From positions 1-40,368 of the forward strand of contig UYFQ01000226.1 of assembly GCA_900617105.1 (NCBI GenBank): a stretch of DNA of 40,368 nt, in the 5' to 3' direction. Below the pieces are notes generated by a model that made no database searches, had not been told where the DNA came from, and saw only the letters and a list, made by a program, of their open reading frames with translations. Every line of letters begins with the position of its first letter. The first letter of the stretch is position 1. Source of the DNA: Hydrurus foetidus (Eukaryota). A program made the position numbers and the translations under genes. Positions 1 through 12,606 of this stretch are shown piece after piece.

Positions 1-1264
1 AAGAGTTGAAGTCTCTTGGAAGGGACGAGCTGAATCGTGGCTGCTCAAAAGATGCGTATGGTCCGGATGAACTATACGGCTTGTTCCCGTACACACCCGC
101 AGAGGTCCCGTTAGCTCCGCTTGATCTAGGGCGCACAATGTGCTGCGCATTGGTGTTGTTAAGCCCGTATCCATTGTGATATTGTGACGTCCCGACGATG
201 GGGTTGTAAGACATTTTTCTAGCGTCAGGAAATATGGCCGCTAAGTCACCTCCCGAGTTGTGGTACTGGTTCGTGTAACCTGCTTGATGGAATGAGTAAT
301 TGTTCAATCCTCCATTGTTTAAATAACCCCCATTAAGTCCATTCAGGTCGCCATTTTTGTCCACATTCGGGTACACATATTTTGTCACATGATAAGTGAC
401 GGGTTTTGGTTCGATCAATTTTGTTTCCATCACTGTGCGAGGGACCTGTGGAAAAAAAGGGAAAGTTGACTTTCACTTGGAAGTCGAATTAATTTGAAAA
501 GAAATTAAAGTCTACTGACCTGGACAACTGTCGTCTTCGTATCATATACCGTTCTGGCGACTTCGTAATTGACTTCCTTGTTCTCAATCACCTGTCGTGG
601 AACTTCGTAGTACTCCTCGCGCTCATGAATTACAGTCTTAGGAACTGTAATCTTACGGGAGTGTGATTCATAGACAGTCTTGGGTACATTCACAGTAATC
701 CTTTGCTCATCGTAGACCGTTCGTGGGACTTGGATAATGCGTACTTCTTGGTCTATGACTGTTCTTGGAACTTTGTATTCCTCGTCTTGCTGCTCATAGA
801 CAGTGCGTGGTTCTTGAATCATTCTGGATTTCTGATCCATCACAGTTCTCGGTACAGAGACAGTTCTTGTTGCAGTGTCAATTACTGTTCGAGGCACGTG
901 AACTGTCTTGTGTTGGTCTTCAACTACTGTTCGCGGGACAAGGACAGTCAAAGGCGCAGGTTTGTTGCCGATCGTGCCGTAAACATCCGATTGAACTGGC
1001 CAGTCAATCACACCGGTGGCATTGGTGACATCTCCATAATGGCTTCTGTATGGACCGACGTTGACGCTGTTATTGAGGGCTACGCTATTGTTGAGGGCTA
1101 CGCTGTTGTTGTACAGGTTATTATTGTTGTTGTATGCATTGTACGTATCATAGCTGGACTCGTTCTGTGAGATTTGGATGAGATAAAGTAATTACTTAGA
1201 GATGCATCGCGATCGGATGGAAAGCAGTTGAGACACTTACATTCTGCCGACGACGAAAAGTCAT
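1..1264 (-). CDS. Articulin/epiplastin-like membrane-skeleton protein with 14-aa VPRT repeats (3' end beyond window)
   Basis: Exons 1264-1241, 1164-520 and 445-<1 are joined in frame by GT-AG introns. Eleven tandem ~14-aa units (xxVPRTVxxxxxxx) are flanked by N/G/Y-rich low-complexity ends. V/P/charged repeats are typical of articulins and alveolins. Confidence 0.7.
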
Positions 1265-2873
1265 CTCAGAGATATTTGATGCGAGCCGATGGAGACGGTT
1301 CGGAGAAGTATTGCGTGCAATATTGATCCAACGACTCACGAGTGTGAGAGCTGTGGCTGCTTGCTGGATGCTGACTGGACGTTTCCGCTGCTGTTGTTCT
1401 CTCAACTCCCTGGCTGTGCGCTGTGGGGGTTGCGAAGAAACAAGAAACCCGAAACGTTTTACTGCACCAAACGAAGCCACAAAAAGTTTCGTTTCTTTTT
1501 TATAAAAAAAATGTGTGAAGTACGTACGCAGCACAATCTGTTCATAAGCTGCGTCACTGCTTTTTTTTAAATCTGACATGACCTATGTTTGGAATCTGAT
1601 GGGAGTTATGTTTGCACTTCCATTCAGTAGCATGTGGCGGCATGACTTCAAAACAATTGAAAAGAAAAGAATTTGGAAGACGCATAAGATTTGTTCATTA
1701 AGTATACTGTATGAATATGAGGCAGTAGTCGGGTCCTGGAGTCGTTTCAAATCAAATAATGTGAGCTACACTACTACCGAAACGGGGCGACATCATTTGC
1801 GACTACTATTCATTTTTCGTGTTTTGAAGGTAAGTAGTCAGTCAGTGCGACTGTGACCGAGGTCGGATTCATCCGTCTACGACTGGTCCTGTCTGTCCAA
1901 GCTATCAACAACATCTACAATATCACTAGGAATTAATTTCTTTATGTGGAACTCCAGGTCCTGTCGTGCATTTCAGAACATTGCCAACTATTCACACACG
2001 GGTAATAGTTGGACATACTTCTGCACTTCAACTACTTTAGTTTCATTCTGCTCAAATGTACATGTCACAGCCTACGGAATTAAGAATCACCGACACTGTT
2101 CTTCATCTAGTAGAGATCTCTCCTCTCAACATGTGAAATAAATGTGCTGTGAGTCAACGAAGACGCGCTATCAGGTAAACTTGATCGTGGCATTTTTTAA
2201 ATATAGCCCATGCTGGGGCTCACGTACCGTACAATGCCATTCAGCCATCAGGACAAAGCAGAGTAGAGGGGCGCCAATATGTAATGGCACCGAAATTTCC
2301 CATGTGTTGCTCTGCTGAAACCGTGTTGATCTGAGATGGCATATCGACTCTTGAACACGACAATGCGAGGCAGATGTTGTGGTACGTATGAAAGCATGTA
2401 ATGGTACTGTTGTGGGCGCGGTATTCGAAAATGGCAGTCGGGAAAAGGGATCGTCATTGATAGAAGTGGCGCTGACAATTCCGTAAGGCTGATATGTGTA
2501 CGCTCGAGACATCCATCGAATCATAGGATGCATCGAGCATACTTGCGTGGCCTTCATTCTAAGTCCATTGAGAAGCGTCATGCCGTGTCGTGAATGAATT
2601 GAATTAGGGGATTCCGAGATCCGTGATAATTCACACAGGGAACGGGACAGTCCTCGTAACCATGTAACGTGCTGGTAGTTGCCCAGATAAAAAATATGAT
2701 GTGCCAGAAAAACACACTGAAAGAGAAGGAAATGCTGACTGATCGAGACCGATGAGAAAGGGAGGAGAAGTATCTGTACCAGTTATTCGGAGTTATGAAC
2801 CATAGAAATTGAATGTGTGCCCACAAGTCGTGCTGTAGATGTCTTAATGAGAGTTGAATCATCGTCCACCTTC

Positions 2874-5415
2874 TCACATGTATATGAGAGCATCTTCCCT
2901 GTCTGGAGCGCTGTCAAATTTCTTTGAGTCGTAGTACGAGCTGTCACTAGGGTTTACGACACAACTGTCATTCGAGTTTAACACTAGACTCAGAATTATG
3001 ACTTCCTCCTCTTCTTCATTGTCTTTTTCTTCACCACCGTTGATTCCTCCGTGTTGTCCCGCAGTGTTCGCTGTCCTGTGTATTCTCACTGCTCTTCCTA
3101 TCGTTGTCCCATTCGCTGACTCCGCATTGTCAATATAGTGGTTAGGTCCTCCACGTTCTGACTCAAATGAATTCACACTTTCAATTTCTCCGTATAAAGA
3201 ATCCTCCAAATCTTCTGAATGACTGTTACCATTTATCATCGTTGCAGTTGCCATTCCACGTGGGCGATCCCCAGCATTATTCTCGAATCTCGTATTCTCC
3301 ACAGAATCGTCATCGCTCTTGTTTTCTTCACATTCCGATGGAACTCTGGCGAGGGATAGGGAATGCACTCCACTTGAATAACATCCAGGAGATCCTAAAC
3401 CTCGTAGTGACTCACGCTCAGACATGTTTCCTCGACCATCTATATCATCTTCTCTGGGAGAGAATTGAATATTGGTTTCTGAGAATCTTCCCCCCAGAGG
3501 ACGAGGCACAGCGCTGGATGGACGGCATCTCCTTGTTACGCGGTAGTCTTCGGGAATTAGGGAATTCTTGGACGGTGTTGACAATTCAGATCTCGGACTC
3601 AAGCTTCCCACTCCGATTGATAAAGTACCGACTGAAATAAAGCAAGAAAGATGTAGTCAAGAGTCAGGATGTTTCAAGAAAAATAACTGAGCCAAAAAAA
3701 TATCCTGACCGAACATGATGGTGAGGGAGAGCGTGTGACTGTTACGAGTTACGAGCACCTTTTCCATTTGGGCTGTCACGTGGACCTCCTCGGAGAAGTA
3801 CTTCTTCGTTTCTCTCCTCCCTCGCAGCAGTGTTCACTCCAGCGTCCCTCTCACTGTCACTGAGATGACCGTTGTGGACGGGATGAGAGTTGGCCAGCCC
3901 TGTCTGCATCCCGGCAGGTCTGTAACTTAAGATGGTGGAGTATCTGGGGGGACTCCTATCCGATTCAGCACTGGATGACTTCATAGTGGATGTGGACTGA
4001 GAATGTGCAGATGCGGTTGGAGAAGATGACGTCTTGGAAGAGAAAACCATTTCTTCTCTGATCTCTACTTCTACCGCTCCACCTCCTACTGTCCCTGTCC
4101 CTATGTTAGTTCCTCTACGCTCTGATGCAGATTCATATCCGGCAATAGCTTCCTCGTAGGAAGGAGGCATAGCGCTGCTTGGTGAACTTGCAATAGACTG
4201 TCTTATCGCCTATAACACGAATTACGAGGGGAAGAGGAATCGGGATTGAATAGAATCTGCGTCGCTATAGTCGTTGACCGTAAAACGTTATGGTGTATGA
4301 GCAAATTATGAATGACAACGTCAATGACTGTACGCTCAACAATAGTTATAAATAGGATAGAGGCACGATATGTGACTGCGCATGGAGTCATAACACGACG
4401 ATCCGCTTTTCAGCGGACATGTTTGGTCCATACCTCCATCATCATCATGTCCTCGATGCGATCCAGATCTATACCGCCTCCACCGTTCGTCGCATGGCCT
4501 TCCAGGCATTCGGAAATTATTTCCTGATCGCTCATTCGACGGCTAGTCGATCTGCGGATCCCACTCGAATGCTGTTGAAAGCTATCACCGAAGGTACCAC
4601 CGAATCGCATTCGTAGAGCCGCTTGCTCAAAGTCGACGACACCACCACGCCCGAATTCGCTATTGAATTCACTGTTAAAGTCGTTACCCAAGAAGTTCCT
4701 TTGGGCGAATGAGCTCACTTGTGACCGCGCTGACGGTGGGGCTGGCGGTGGTCGATCGTCCGCATATCTCAGTCGTTGCTGCTGGATTGCGATCTCGATA
4801 TCTCTTCTATCGTCGATTGATGAGAGAGGCACATGAGGACCATCTGGAACATTGATCATCGGTGTTACCCCGATGCTGAGGGTTGAGTCGGACCCGTCAG
4901 TTTTGCTCAAAGTGGAGGCAGAGGAGTACGATGAAATTCCTTCAGTGATTAATCCGGTGACAGGCTGATACATTCCTGATGTGGTCTTTATCGTCAATGA
5001 AGTGTACACAACGTTTAAAGTTTCATTGCTACAGAATGGACACGGACATTTAGATGCGTCGTGAGAATGTTTCATGAGCAGATAGCAGTCGGTGCAAATT
5101 GGTTGCTTGCAGCATGTCGCAGTGTTCAGTTCTGCATAGTTTAGGAAGCAAATGGGACACTCTGAGTTCTCTGGGAAATTACTCTCAATCTGTGTCCGGG
5201 GTGCTAAGTTTGATGGATCAATGACATTCTCACTGGAACTTCTTGGTCTGCGGAGTACGAAGGAGTTGTAGTTCAGTCGGTTGATAAGTCATAGATGGTT
5301 CAATAAGAATGGTTCACCTCAATTTATCTTGTTTTGATGGTGCTATTGGACTGCGGTCATTGGGGGATGTCGCATTTGATTGTGTTCGACGACGAGCAGA
5401 GGCTGAGTTGCCCAT
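2874..5415 (-). CDS. GW2/DA2/Sip5-type RING E3 ubiquitin ligase
   Basis: Exons ~5415-5318, 5247-4434, 4209-~3759 and 3631-2874. It begins MGNSAS and has the RING ECPICFLNYAELNTATCCKQPICTDCYLLMK...CPFC. The spliced junction gives IEDMMMMEAIRQS, resembling GW2/DA2 EDMMVMEAIWLS. The 3' end is uncertain (possible donor GTGAGA near 2878). Confidence 0.8.
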
Positions 5416-6835
5416 CGTCAAATTTTGCAGATACGCTAGAATGTCAGTGAGGTATCCCTCTGATACACGCTCGATTTATTTTACACGAAATTGACGTTAG
5501 TTGTGAATGCGTGAAGTAGTTTTTATCATCTGATTAGGCTGAATCTCGCGGGGCAAAAACAAAGTTTTCTTGTCTCTCACGCTTTTTGAATGAAGATGTC
5601 TACCTCGGGTCATTTGGCTGTTACGCCCTTCAAACATGTCTACTATAGGGAGGTAGTCATCCAGCGAGTCAACGGCGCTGTTATCAACATTGAATCCACA
5701 ATGGAAATTGTCGGCACTTCCACTGGAACATAGTCCCTTTGAGAATTATTCCCCAGTCTTCCTACTTCAATAATTCGATGACGAATTATTTTGGGAAGTT
5801 GATCTGTCCCCTTTTTTTATGAAATGTAGTAAAAACGATCCCCACTCCCCACATAGTGCATACTTCATACGTTCGTTTATGTTCTCCCTCTCCTTCCTCC
5901 TTCCCCCATCTTACAATATCTGGGCAGACAATATGTAGTTTAGTGCCCGCCTCATATTCATATCTTCGATTCAGCCCTCGATTTTATGGTCGTCATGTAT
6001 TAGTAATTTCGACCCAAGACCATAAAGCTGGCCATTTTTTCATCCCGTAACTGGAACAATGTAGCCAGCTTTATGGTGTCGAGGGTCGAATATTTCTTTT
6101 TCTTCCGAGAGATCCTTAAAGTCACGTTACGGTCACCTCATGTCATTATATTTCCTATTCAAGCGTCATATTTATTCGCTACTTGGAAAACTTCGAAAGA
6201 AAGTTGGTTTTTTTAGCGGGGATTACTCTTTAAAATTAGCCACCATATTCAGTGATAAGGTTGCGTAAGGTAAAAGTAGTTATAGAGCGAAAATTTGATC
6301 TGCGCAAAGACTGGTAACCACGACCGTAAAGAACTGCCACGGCAGCGGAGGCCACCGTTCTCATCTTTCTGGACGCTTTTGCGCCTAAAATTAGCGCCGA
6401 GGCTATTTTCAAATCTAAAACTCGGAAGCTCTATTGTGGCATACGCCACGAAACCCTAGGCCTTCCTTTGAATATCCTGACCGAGGAGAATTTGTCCATC
6501 GCTTCCTTTCATTCGTCGCTATTCCGGCCAATTCCGATGGAATCGTCGGATTCAAGGCTCAATTCTCTCTCTTTTGGAAACCCTGATCGTTGAATTGAAA
6601 GATACCTTTGAATAAGATATTGACAGTGTTCTGACAAAGTTTAAACTACTAGAATACTGCTCTTACAATCTTCAACAGTAAGAGTTCCCGCCCGCGAATC
6701 AAACGTCGCCAACGTCCTCACCATCCTCTGAAATTCGCAAAGCATCCAGCTAAATCCTTGAATTCACTTCCTGGTGAAGTCGCGGCCTCCGGGTAAAGAC
6801 GGTATGCTGGGTAAACTGTTGGGTAAGTTACATTT

Positions 6836-7105
6836 TGTGAAAGAAGAGAGCAAGCAGATAACGACAGACGCAAACGAGGGTGCTGGTGCTGATGAGCGTC
6901 CGTTACCAGTGGACAGGTGATGTGGATGAAACTAGACTAAGGGTACGTGAATTGTATACAAGTGTGTATGAAGTGTACGGTGAACGTACGAGCTAGGCTG
7001 TACTACTCCTTCCTCCTTAAAATTTAAGTTAAGTAAAATTTCTGTCCTCGCGCTTTCGTCCGTCAAAAATTTCGTCCTTCGTCCTAGGCACCGACACCAG
7101 CCACA
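6836..7105 (+). repeat. Possible 5' LTR of the gypsy element
   Basis: A TGTG...CACA-bounded ~270-bp segment lies ~100 bp before the gag ATG. No second LTR or clear tRNA PBS was seen. Confidence 0.25.
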
Positions 7106-7205
7106 ATATCGATATTCGGCTATTGACCGGAGTTTTCTCGGAGAAATTCCTTTCTGGTTTGCAAGTTTTCGCGCCTACCACTCCTACCAACAAAACGCTA
7201 ACGTC

Positions 7206-10065
7206 ATGGCCTTACGTCGCCAGGAATAAAAATCAAAGGCAACCAACGCACGCCAACGTACTTTACCTCGGGCTGTAGCCATCGCGGCTCGGCAACGTTA
7301 TTTGGAGCATACGCAACGCTGCGGAGATATCGAGTCTCCTGGGCCAACAGCGGCTCAGGACCACACCGGCGACTTGTCTGCACCGATTCCTCAGCGAAAT
7401 TCGGAGCCTGCGGTCATGTCTGCCAATGATGTCCATATTACTGCTTTACCTGCTTTACCAGCTCCGGCTGTGACACCAGCTTCGGCTGAGATACCAGCTG
7501 CGGCTGCGATACCAGATTCATCTGTGACACCGGCTTCGGCTGAGAATCATATTCCAAGAACGATGGCACCACCCCAGCAATATGTGCAGACGGGTGAGAG
7601 AGCTCCTAAGTTGAGTGCCGTGCCCTCTCATCAGGAAGTAGTTCGGGTAATGGAAGTTCTCTTTCAAATGGAACTCCATTTAAACCTATAGATGTCGTCC
7701 ATGCATCAAACCACCAATCGTTTACAACGCTTCTCAAGCGTGAATTCGCGACAGATCCTGATCGTCGTGATGCTTGTAACAATTGAAAGCATTGGGCGAA
7801 TCAATACTTTTGTAGAGAACTGAACATCAGAGTTTCTACATCTGCTGTCAATCGAACTGACAAAAGTAAGTTTCATTGAGACTATCTCTCAAGTCGCACT
7901 TCAATTCGACTTGAAGAACAAATCAGTGGAAGACAAGACAGATCAGCTTTTAGCTGATATTATTGAAGCTTACCCTGATGCAACATCTGCTCTGCAACTT
8001 CAGGCAACTAAAATTCTCATCGATAAGTTGCCAGTCGAACCAATCAATTGGAGAGCAGTGTTACAGCGTAGTCTTAACAATACAACGCCAAGACTCATTG
8101 CAATTGAAGACTTTCGATTCGTATGGCTTACGCAGCTTGCTAAGCTACGAGAATCAATTGATGCCTTACGGTTCATTGATGTCTCCCCTTTGTATGGTGA
8201 TCATTCTCGCCAAATTAAGGCCCCTCCTCGTTCCTCTCTCGACAAAATCAAAAAACGTCCACGAGAGGACGAGCAATCTGTGCAATCAGAGAAAACAGAC
8301 AGACCTCTTTCTATCTCTGAAACTCGGCCATCTCATCGCCACGTGTTTCTACACTTCGTCTCCCTACTTTAACAGTATACACACCCTACATCAACTCTGA
8401 GGGTCATAAGCAGTTGATGAAAGTTGATTCCAAAGCCAAGTTTATCCTGACTTCGTCTAGGCCTCCAACCTCTTCATCTTCTTCTTCCTCGTCTTCTTCT
8501 TCTTCGTCGTCGCCATCTTCGACTTCGAAATCTGCTAATTCAACAGCAGACTCAACACAGAACGCCAAGAAACACAAAGGTGAGCAACTTTGCAACCTAA
8601 ATTCATCATCTACTCTCTCCGATGACCCACAACTCATTCCATTCTTCATTGCTCCTCTTTTACAGGAGCTTATGCTGGAAAGAAGTGATAGAGTTTACAC
8701 TCTTTTTGACACCGGATCGTTCGCCGGCAACTTTATTCATCGCCGCACTATTATAAAATATAATTTTACACAATTCGTTTCTGTCTCACCAGAAAAACTG
8801 TGTAAAGTTTGTAGTGGTTTAGATAATCATTGTTATGATATTTCTGACACTATAGATTTAATTCTTTCTTATCATTGCCATGATTTGAATAACTATAATA
8901 CTTTTCCAATCACGGCTTTTGTTTTAAACGATATGAAATTTGATCTTATAGTGGGACGAAAAGCAATTTGTGAATTGAATTTGTTTTCAAGATTCCCAGA
9001 TCAAATATCTGCCAATGCTTCGTCAAGCACTATTCCGTTACCGGAAATTTTATCTTCTGAGTATGTGGATATAACGTGTGGCTGTCAGCCTAAGGACCAA
9101 AAGTGGATCCGTTAACTCAAAAGGTGAAACCAGCAGTCACCCAAACACATGTTACTCTAGCATCGCTAATTCAAGAGTCTGAAAGACTTTTTGGAGCAGT
9201 GCCTCCTGATGAAGATGAAATCGACGACTCGATCAAGGACTCGTTTTCACCTTGGATAGATGAATTCCCTGATACAGATACACTTTCGCTAATACATATA
9301 GCAGGTGATGAAGATCAGAAAAATAATATTCGGTTACAAGTACACGAATTCAAGGATACATTCAGCAGTGAACTTTCTCACACTCCTGCTGCTATTCCAC
9401 CATTTGACTTTAATGTCAATGATAGCCACTGGAAAGTCTCTAAAAATAGACAACCTCCATGGTCTAAATCAACAGTTGATCAAGCTGATATTCTTAGTCA
9501 AATTATCAAACTTGAAAAACAAGGGATTGTTGAAAAATCAAATGCGGCTTATTATAGCCAAGTTTTGTTAGTTCCGAAGTCTGATGGAACTAAGCGCATG
9601 TGTATTGATTTGCGGAATCTTAATAGTTGTACCGAAGATAAATCACACCCTATTCCGCACATTGGTGAGATGTTGCGACTAATAGGTGCACATAAAGCAA
9701 AAGTATTTGCTGTACCTGACCTTACACAAGGATATCATCAAGCACCACTCACACTTGCTGCACGCGCTTATACTGCATTCATACTTTTCTGCGGTGTATA
9801 TCAATTTACTCGTTTACCCTTTGGGCCTAAACAAGCACCTTCCTACTTCCAACAGATCATGTCGACTGTTGTATTAGCAGGGTTGATATACTCCATATGC
9901 GAAATGTATATTGATGACTGCAATGTTTTCGAAAAAGACATTGACGAACTCATTTCGAGACTTCGTCTTGTTTTTGAACGCTTCAGAAAACACAAAATAT
10001 TTCTTAAACCGAATAAGTGTTATCTAGGCTACGCCGAAATTGACTATGTTGGCAAGGTCTTATCA
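7206..10065 (+). mobile_element. Degenerate, 3'-truncated Ty3/gypsy LTR retrotransposon (gag-like, aspartic protease, RT)
   Basis: The gag-like frame from ATG 7206 is broken by stops and frameshifts. The protease motif LFDTGS is at ~8700, and RT motifs RMCIDLRNLN, DLTQGYHQ, LPFGPKQAP and MYIDD follow. Homology ends after YVGKVLS with no RNase H or integrase. Confidence 0.9.
8414..9115 (+). pseudogene. Retrotransposon aspartic protease fragment
   Basis: LFDTGSFAGNFI and FDLIVGR motifs. It is out of frame with both the upstream gag and downstream RT fragments and has a poly-Ser tract at 8470-8520. Confidence 0.8.
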
Positions 10066-10104
10066 ACCTTTGTATGGGCTATCACATGCGCTAATCAGAA
10101 CTGA
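9103..10104 (+). pseudogene. Ty3/gypsy reverse transcriptase, truncated
   Basis: Canonical RT motifs including YIDD (~9907-9918); stops before RNase H. Confidence 0.9.
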
Positions 10105-10280
10105 ATATCTTGATCATTGCAAAAAGTTGTTGGTGATAGCCTAAACAGGTGTTATGGACCAAGAAATTACAAATTACCTATTACAAAAAGCATCGAACCA
10201 CCATCGTACAGATTATTCTCCAAAAATCTGTCAGAAACGAAAAAATAACTATTTTTGAGTATCTTAATGTCACTACATAG

Positions 10281-10695
10281 TATACCGTAAACCTTGTATG
10301 TATTGGGATTGGAATATCTGGGATTTTGATGAAAAAGCAATTAATTAGTGGAAAAATGACATTCCTGGGATTTGCCCAAATAATTGATTAATTGATTTTC
10401 AAAATAGCGGTATTTTACCTTTTTTTTAATTAATTAGTTTTCAAAATAGATGAAATGGCACTGGAAACCGATTTTTCCCTTACTTCAATTAATTGCTTTC
10501 CAATATATTGGGAATTCTGATCAGATAACAATTATTTGAGACATAACTTTGCCGGGATTTAATTGTATAATTAATTATTTAAAGAAATTGGTCATACTCC
10601 CGGATTTAGATAGAATTTCAATTAATCAGCTGGGATTTTGCCTTATAATTATTTAATTAAATCCCAATACGTACAACCGCTACGGCTACGGTATA
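10281..10695. mobile_element. Non-autonomous TIR element (MITE), TA-flanked, TACCGTA termini (Tc1/mariner/pogo-like)
   Basis: Left end TATACCGTAAACCTTGTATGTATTGGGATT; right end reverse-complemented TATACCGTAGCCGTAGCGGTTGTACGTATTGGGATT. The AT-rich interior has repeated (C/T)GGGATTT and TTAATT motifs and no ORF. Confidence 0.75.
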
Positions 10696-10846
10696 GCAAT
10701 CAGCAACCCAGCACATTGCTGACATCGCTTCCTAATCACACTCCGGCACTTCAGAATCCAGAGATAAGGACGTCCCACATCACCTGCAGCGATTAAACTG
10801 GGCAACGGGGGCTTCGTTTTAATTTATCTGGAAGCCCCGTCATCTG

Positions 10847-12606
10847 ATGGCTCTCAGAAAGTTTGTGGTTTCTCATTCATTATGCTGGATTTTCTTCGTA
10901 GTTTTCGTTATGCCATCTTCATCTCGGAAGGCTCCAATTCAGCTAGCATTCGGCATAATGACATATGAGCGGAAAAATCAAGCGGTTGGAAAAACAATAG
11001 AAGATTTTCACCGTCTAATGAGTGAGATATACGAGGATGATCAGAACCATGTCTATGTCCTTCACACGGATATAAAAAGCAGCCCGCTTCTCCATGAGCA
11101 CATTCATCAATACTGCTTCTCCAAGAAGAATTGCATTTCTATTGTTCCTAGGAGTGTAACATGGGGAGGAGTCAGCGTGACTGAGATGAACCTAGCGCTG
11201 ATGCAAGCAGCTGACGATTTTATTGTGGCAGGCGGTAATGATGCCTTGTGGGAGTATTTCATCTTGTTGGGTCATGAGAGTTTACCTCTCACAACTCTTA
11301 GGTATACCGAGCAGCTCTTACTTTCGTATCCAAGTGGAACAAACTTTATCAACTGTTGGAAGTCCACCGGTTATGATTTCTTCGGTCAGCTGGAGAGTCT
11401 CGAGTACAGGTTGGCAAATGTCGTCATCGATTCAACCGAAGAAAACGTTCTTCACGACACCAGCATCTGGAGAAGAGTTCCAGAAGGGCTGGAGATCTAC
11501 AAATCATTGCAGTATGTAGTGCTCAGCAGAGAGTTTGTCAAGTATGAAACGATAATATTTAAGTAATACCCTCCCTCCCCCCCCTGCAGACAGCGATAAA
11601 TCGTTTCATCTTTGACCACATCCCTTTAGATATTCCTGCCACGGCCCCGAGACTAGACGGGTCCTTCTTTTTCTCGCGAATGTGAAAGCAAGCGACGAGC
11701 TTCTGTTCCCAACCCTTCTTCAGATCAATAAGACTCTAGCCGCGACTGCTACTTGTGACACGACACTGCACTTCACTCACTGGATACGGTACGATTCCAA
11801 CTTTGAAAAAAAGTTTCAACCAACTGTGCTCTAGAACTATGATGCCATGTGATTTCGTGGGGTGTCGCTTTTATTTTCTGACGTTGCAATATCTGAAACT
11901 GCTGATCTTTATCACACTGCAGACCTGGAGGTAGTTGGCATCCGGAATATTTATCAATAGAGCACTTGCCATTGCTGCTGAATACGTCCTCGCATTTATT
12001 TATGAGGAAGATTCAGCAACCCTTTTCTGACAATCTTATCAAAGTCTTGAAGGTAATAAGGTAAGGAATCAAAAATCGACTTCATTGAGACGCGAACTGA
12101 AGTGCGTACTATTTATCATTTAACGCCCGCTCTTTACTTATAGGGCAAATCACTACGATACTTTTTCTCTCTGGAACTCTACTCTCCAAAGTGGTGAAAG
12201 CTCAGACGCAGTAAGTACTGCGAAACTTGACATATATTTCTATCGATTTCCATGATGCGACAATAAGTTGACAGCACTGGATCTGACCGTACACTCTTTC
12301 GTACGTCATGCAATTCATCAGGTCCCATCTGAGTTCCCAGGAGTGAAACCTCTTTATAAACAAATACCACTACTTCAGCAAAGGGAAATAATCGACCGGG
12401 AAATGCGATGGCTGATACCTATTGGAGTAGACCACTTACAGGCACTATGGGAAGATGATAACACCGACAGCCGCATATTGGACGCCGTCATGGACTATGC
12501 ACTACAATCGTTAAATCACTCTCAGGGACACGATGCTGAATCGAATGGGCACTTTTACTCCTCCCCTTTTGAACTCCTCATGACTCTCGATGTCGCAAGA
12601 AGGTAA
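10847..12606 (+). CDS. GT14 (core-2/I-branching / xylosyltransferase-like) glycosyltransferase
   Basis: N-terminal hydrophobic anchor; YVLHTDIKS, VTWGGVSV, WEYFILLGHESLPL and SLQYVVLSREFV motifs. Downstream exons (11630-~11788, ~11923-12060, ~12144 onward) give SDELLFPT, HFTHWIRPGGSWHPEYL and FMRK. The last exon(s) are uncertain and may extend to ~12754. Confidence 0.85.

Noticed and set aside
1196..2877. Several 60-136-aa ORFs on both strands
   Set aside because: No motifs; probably UTR or intergenic, although part may be additional 3' exons of the RING gene.
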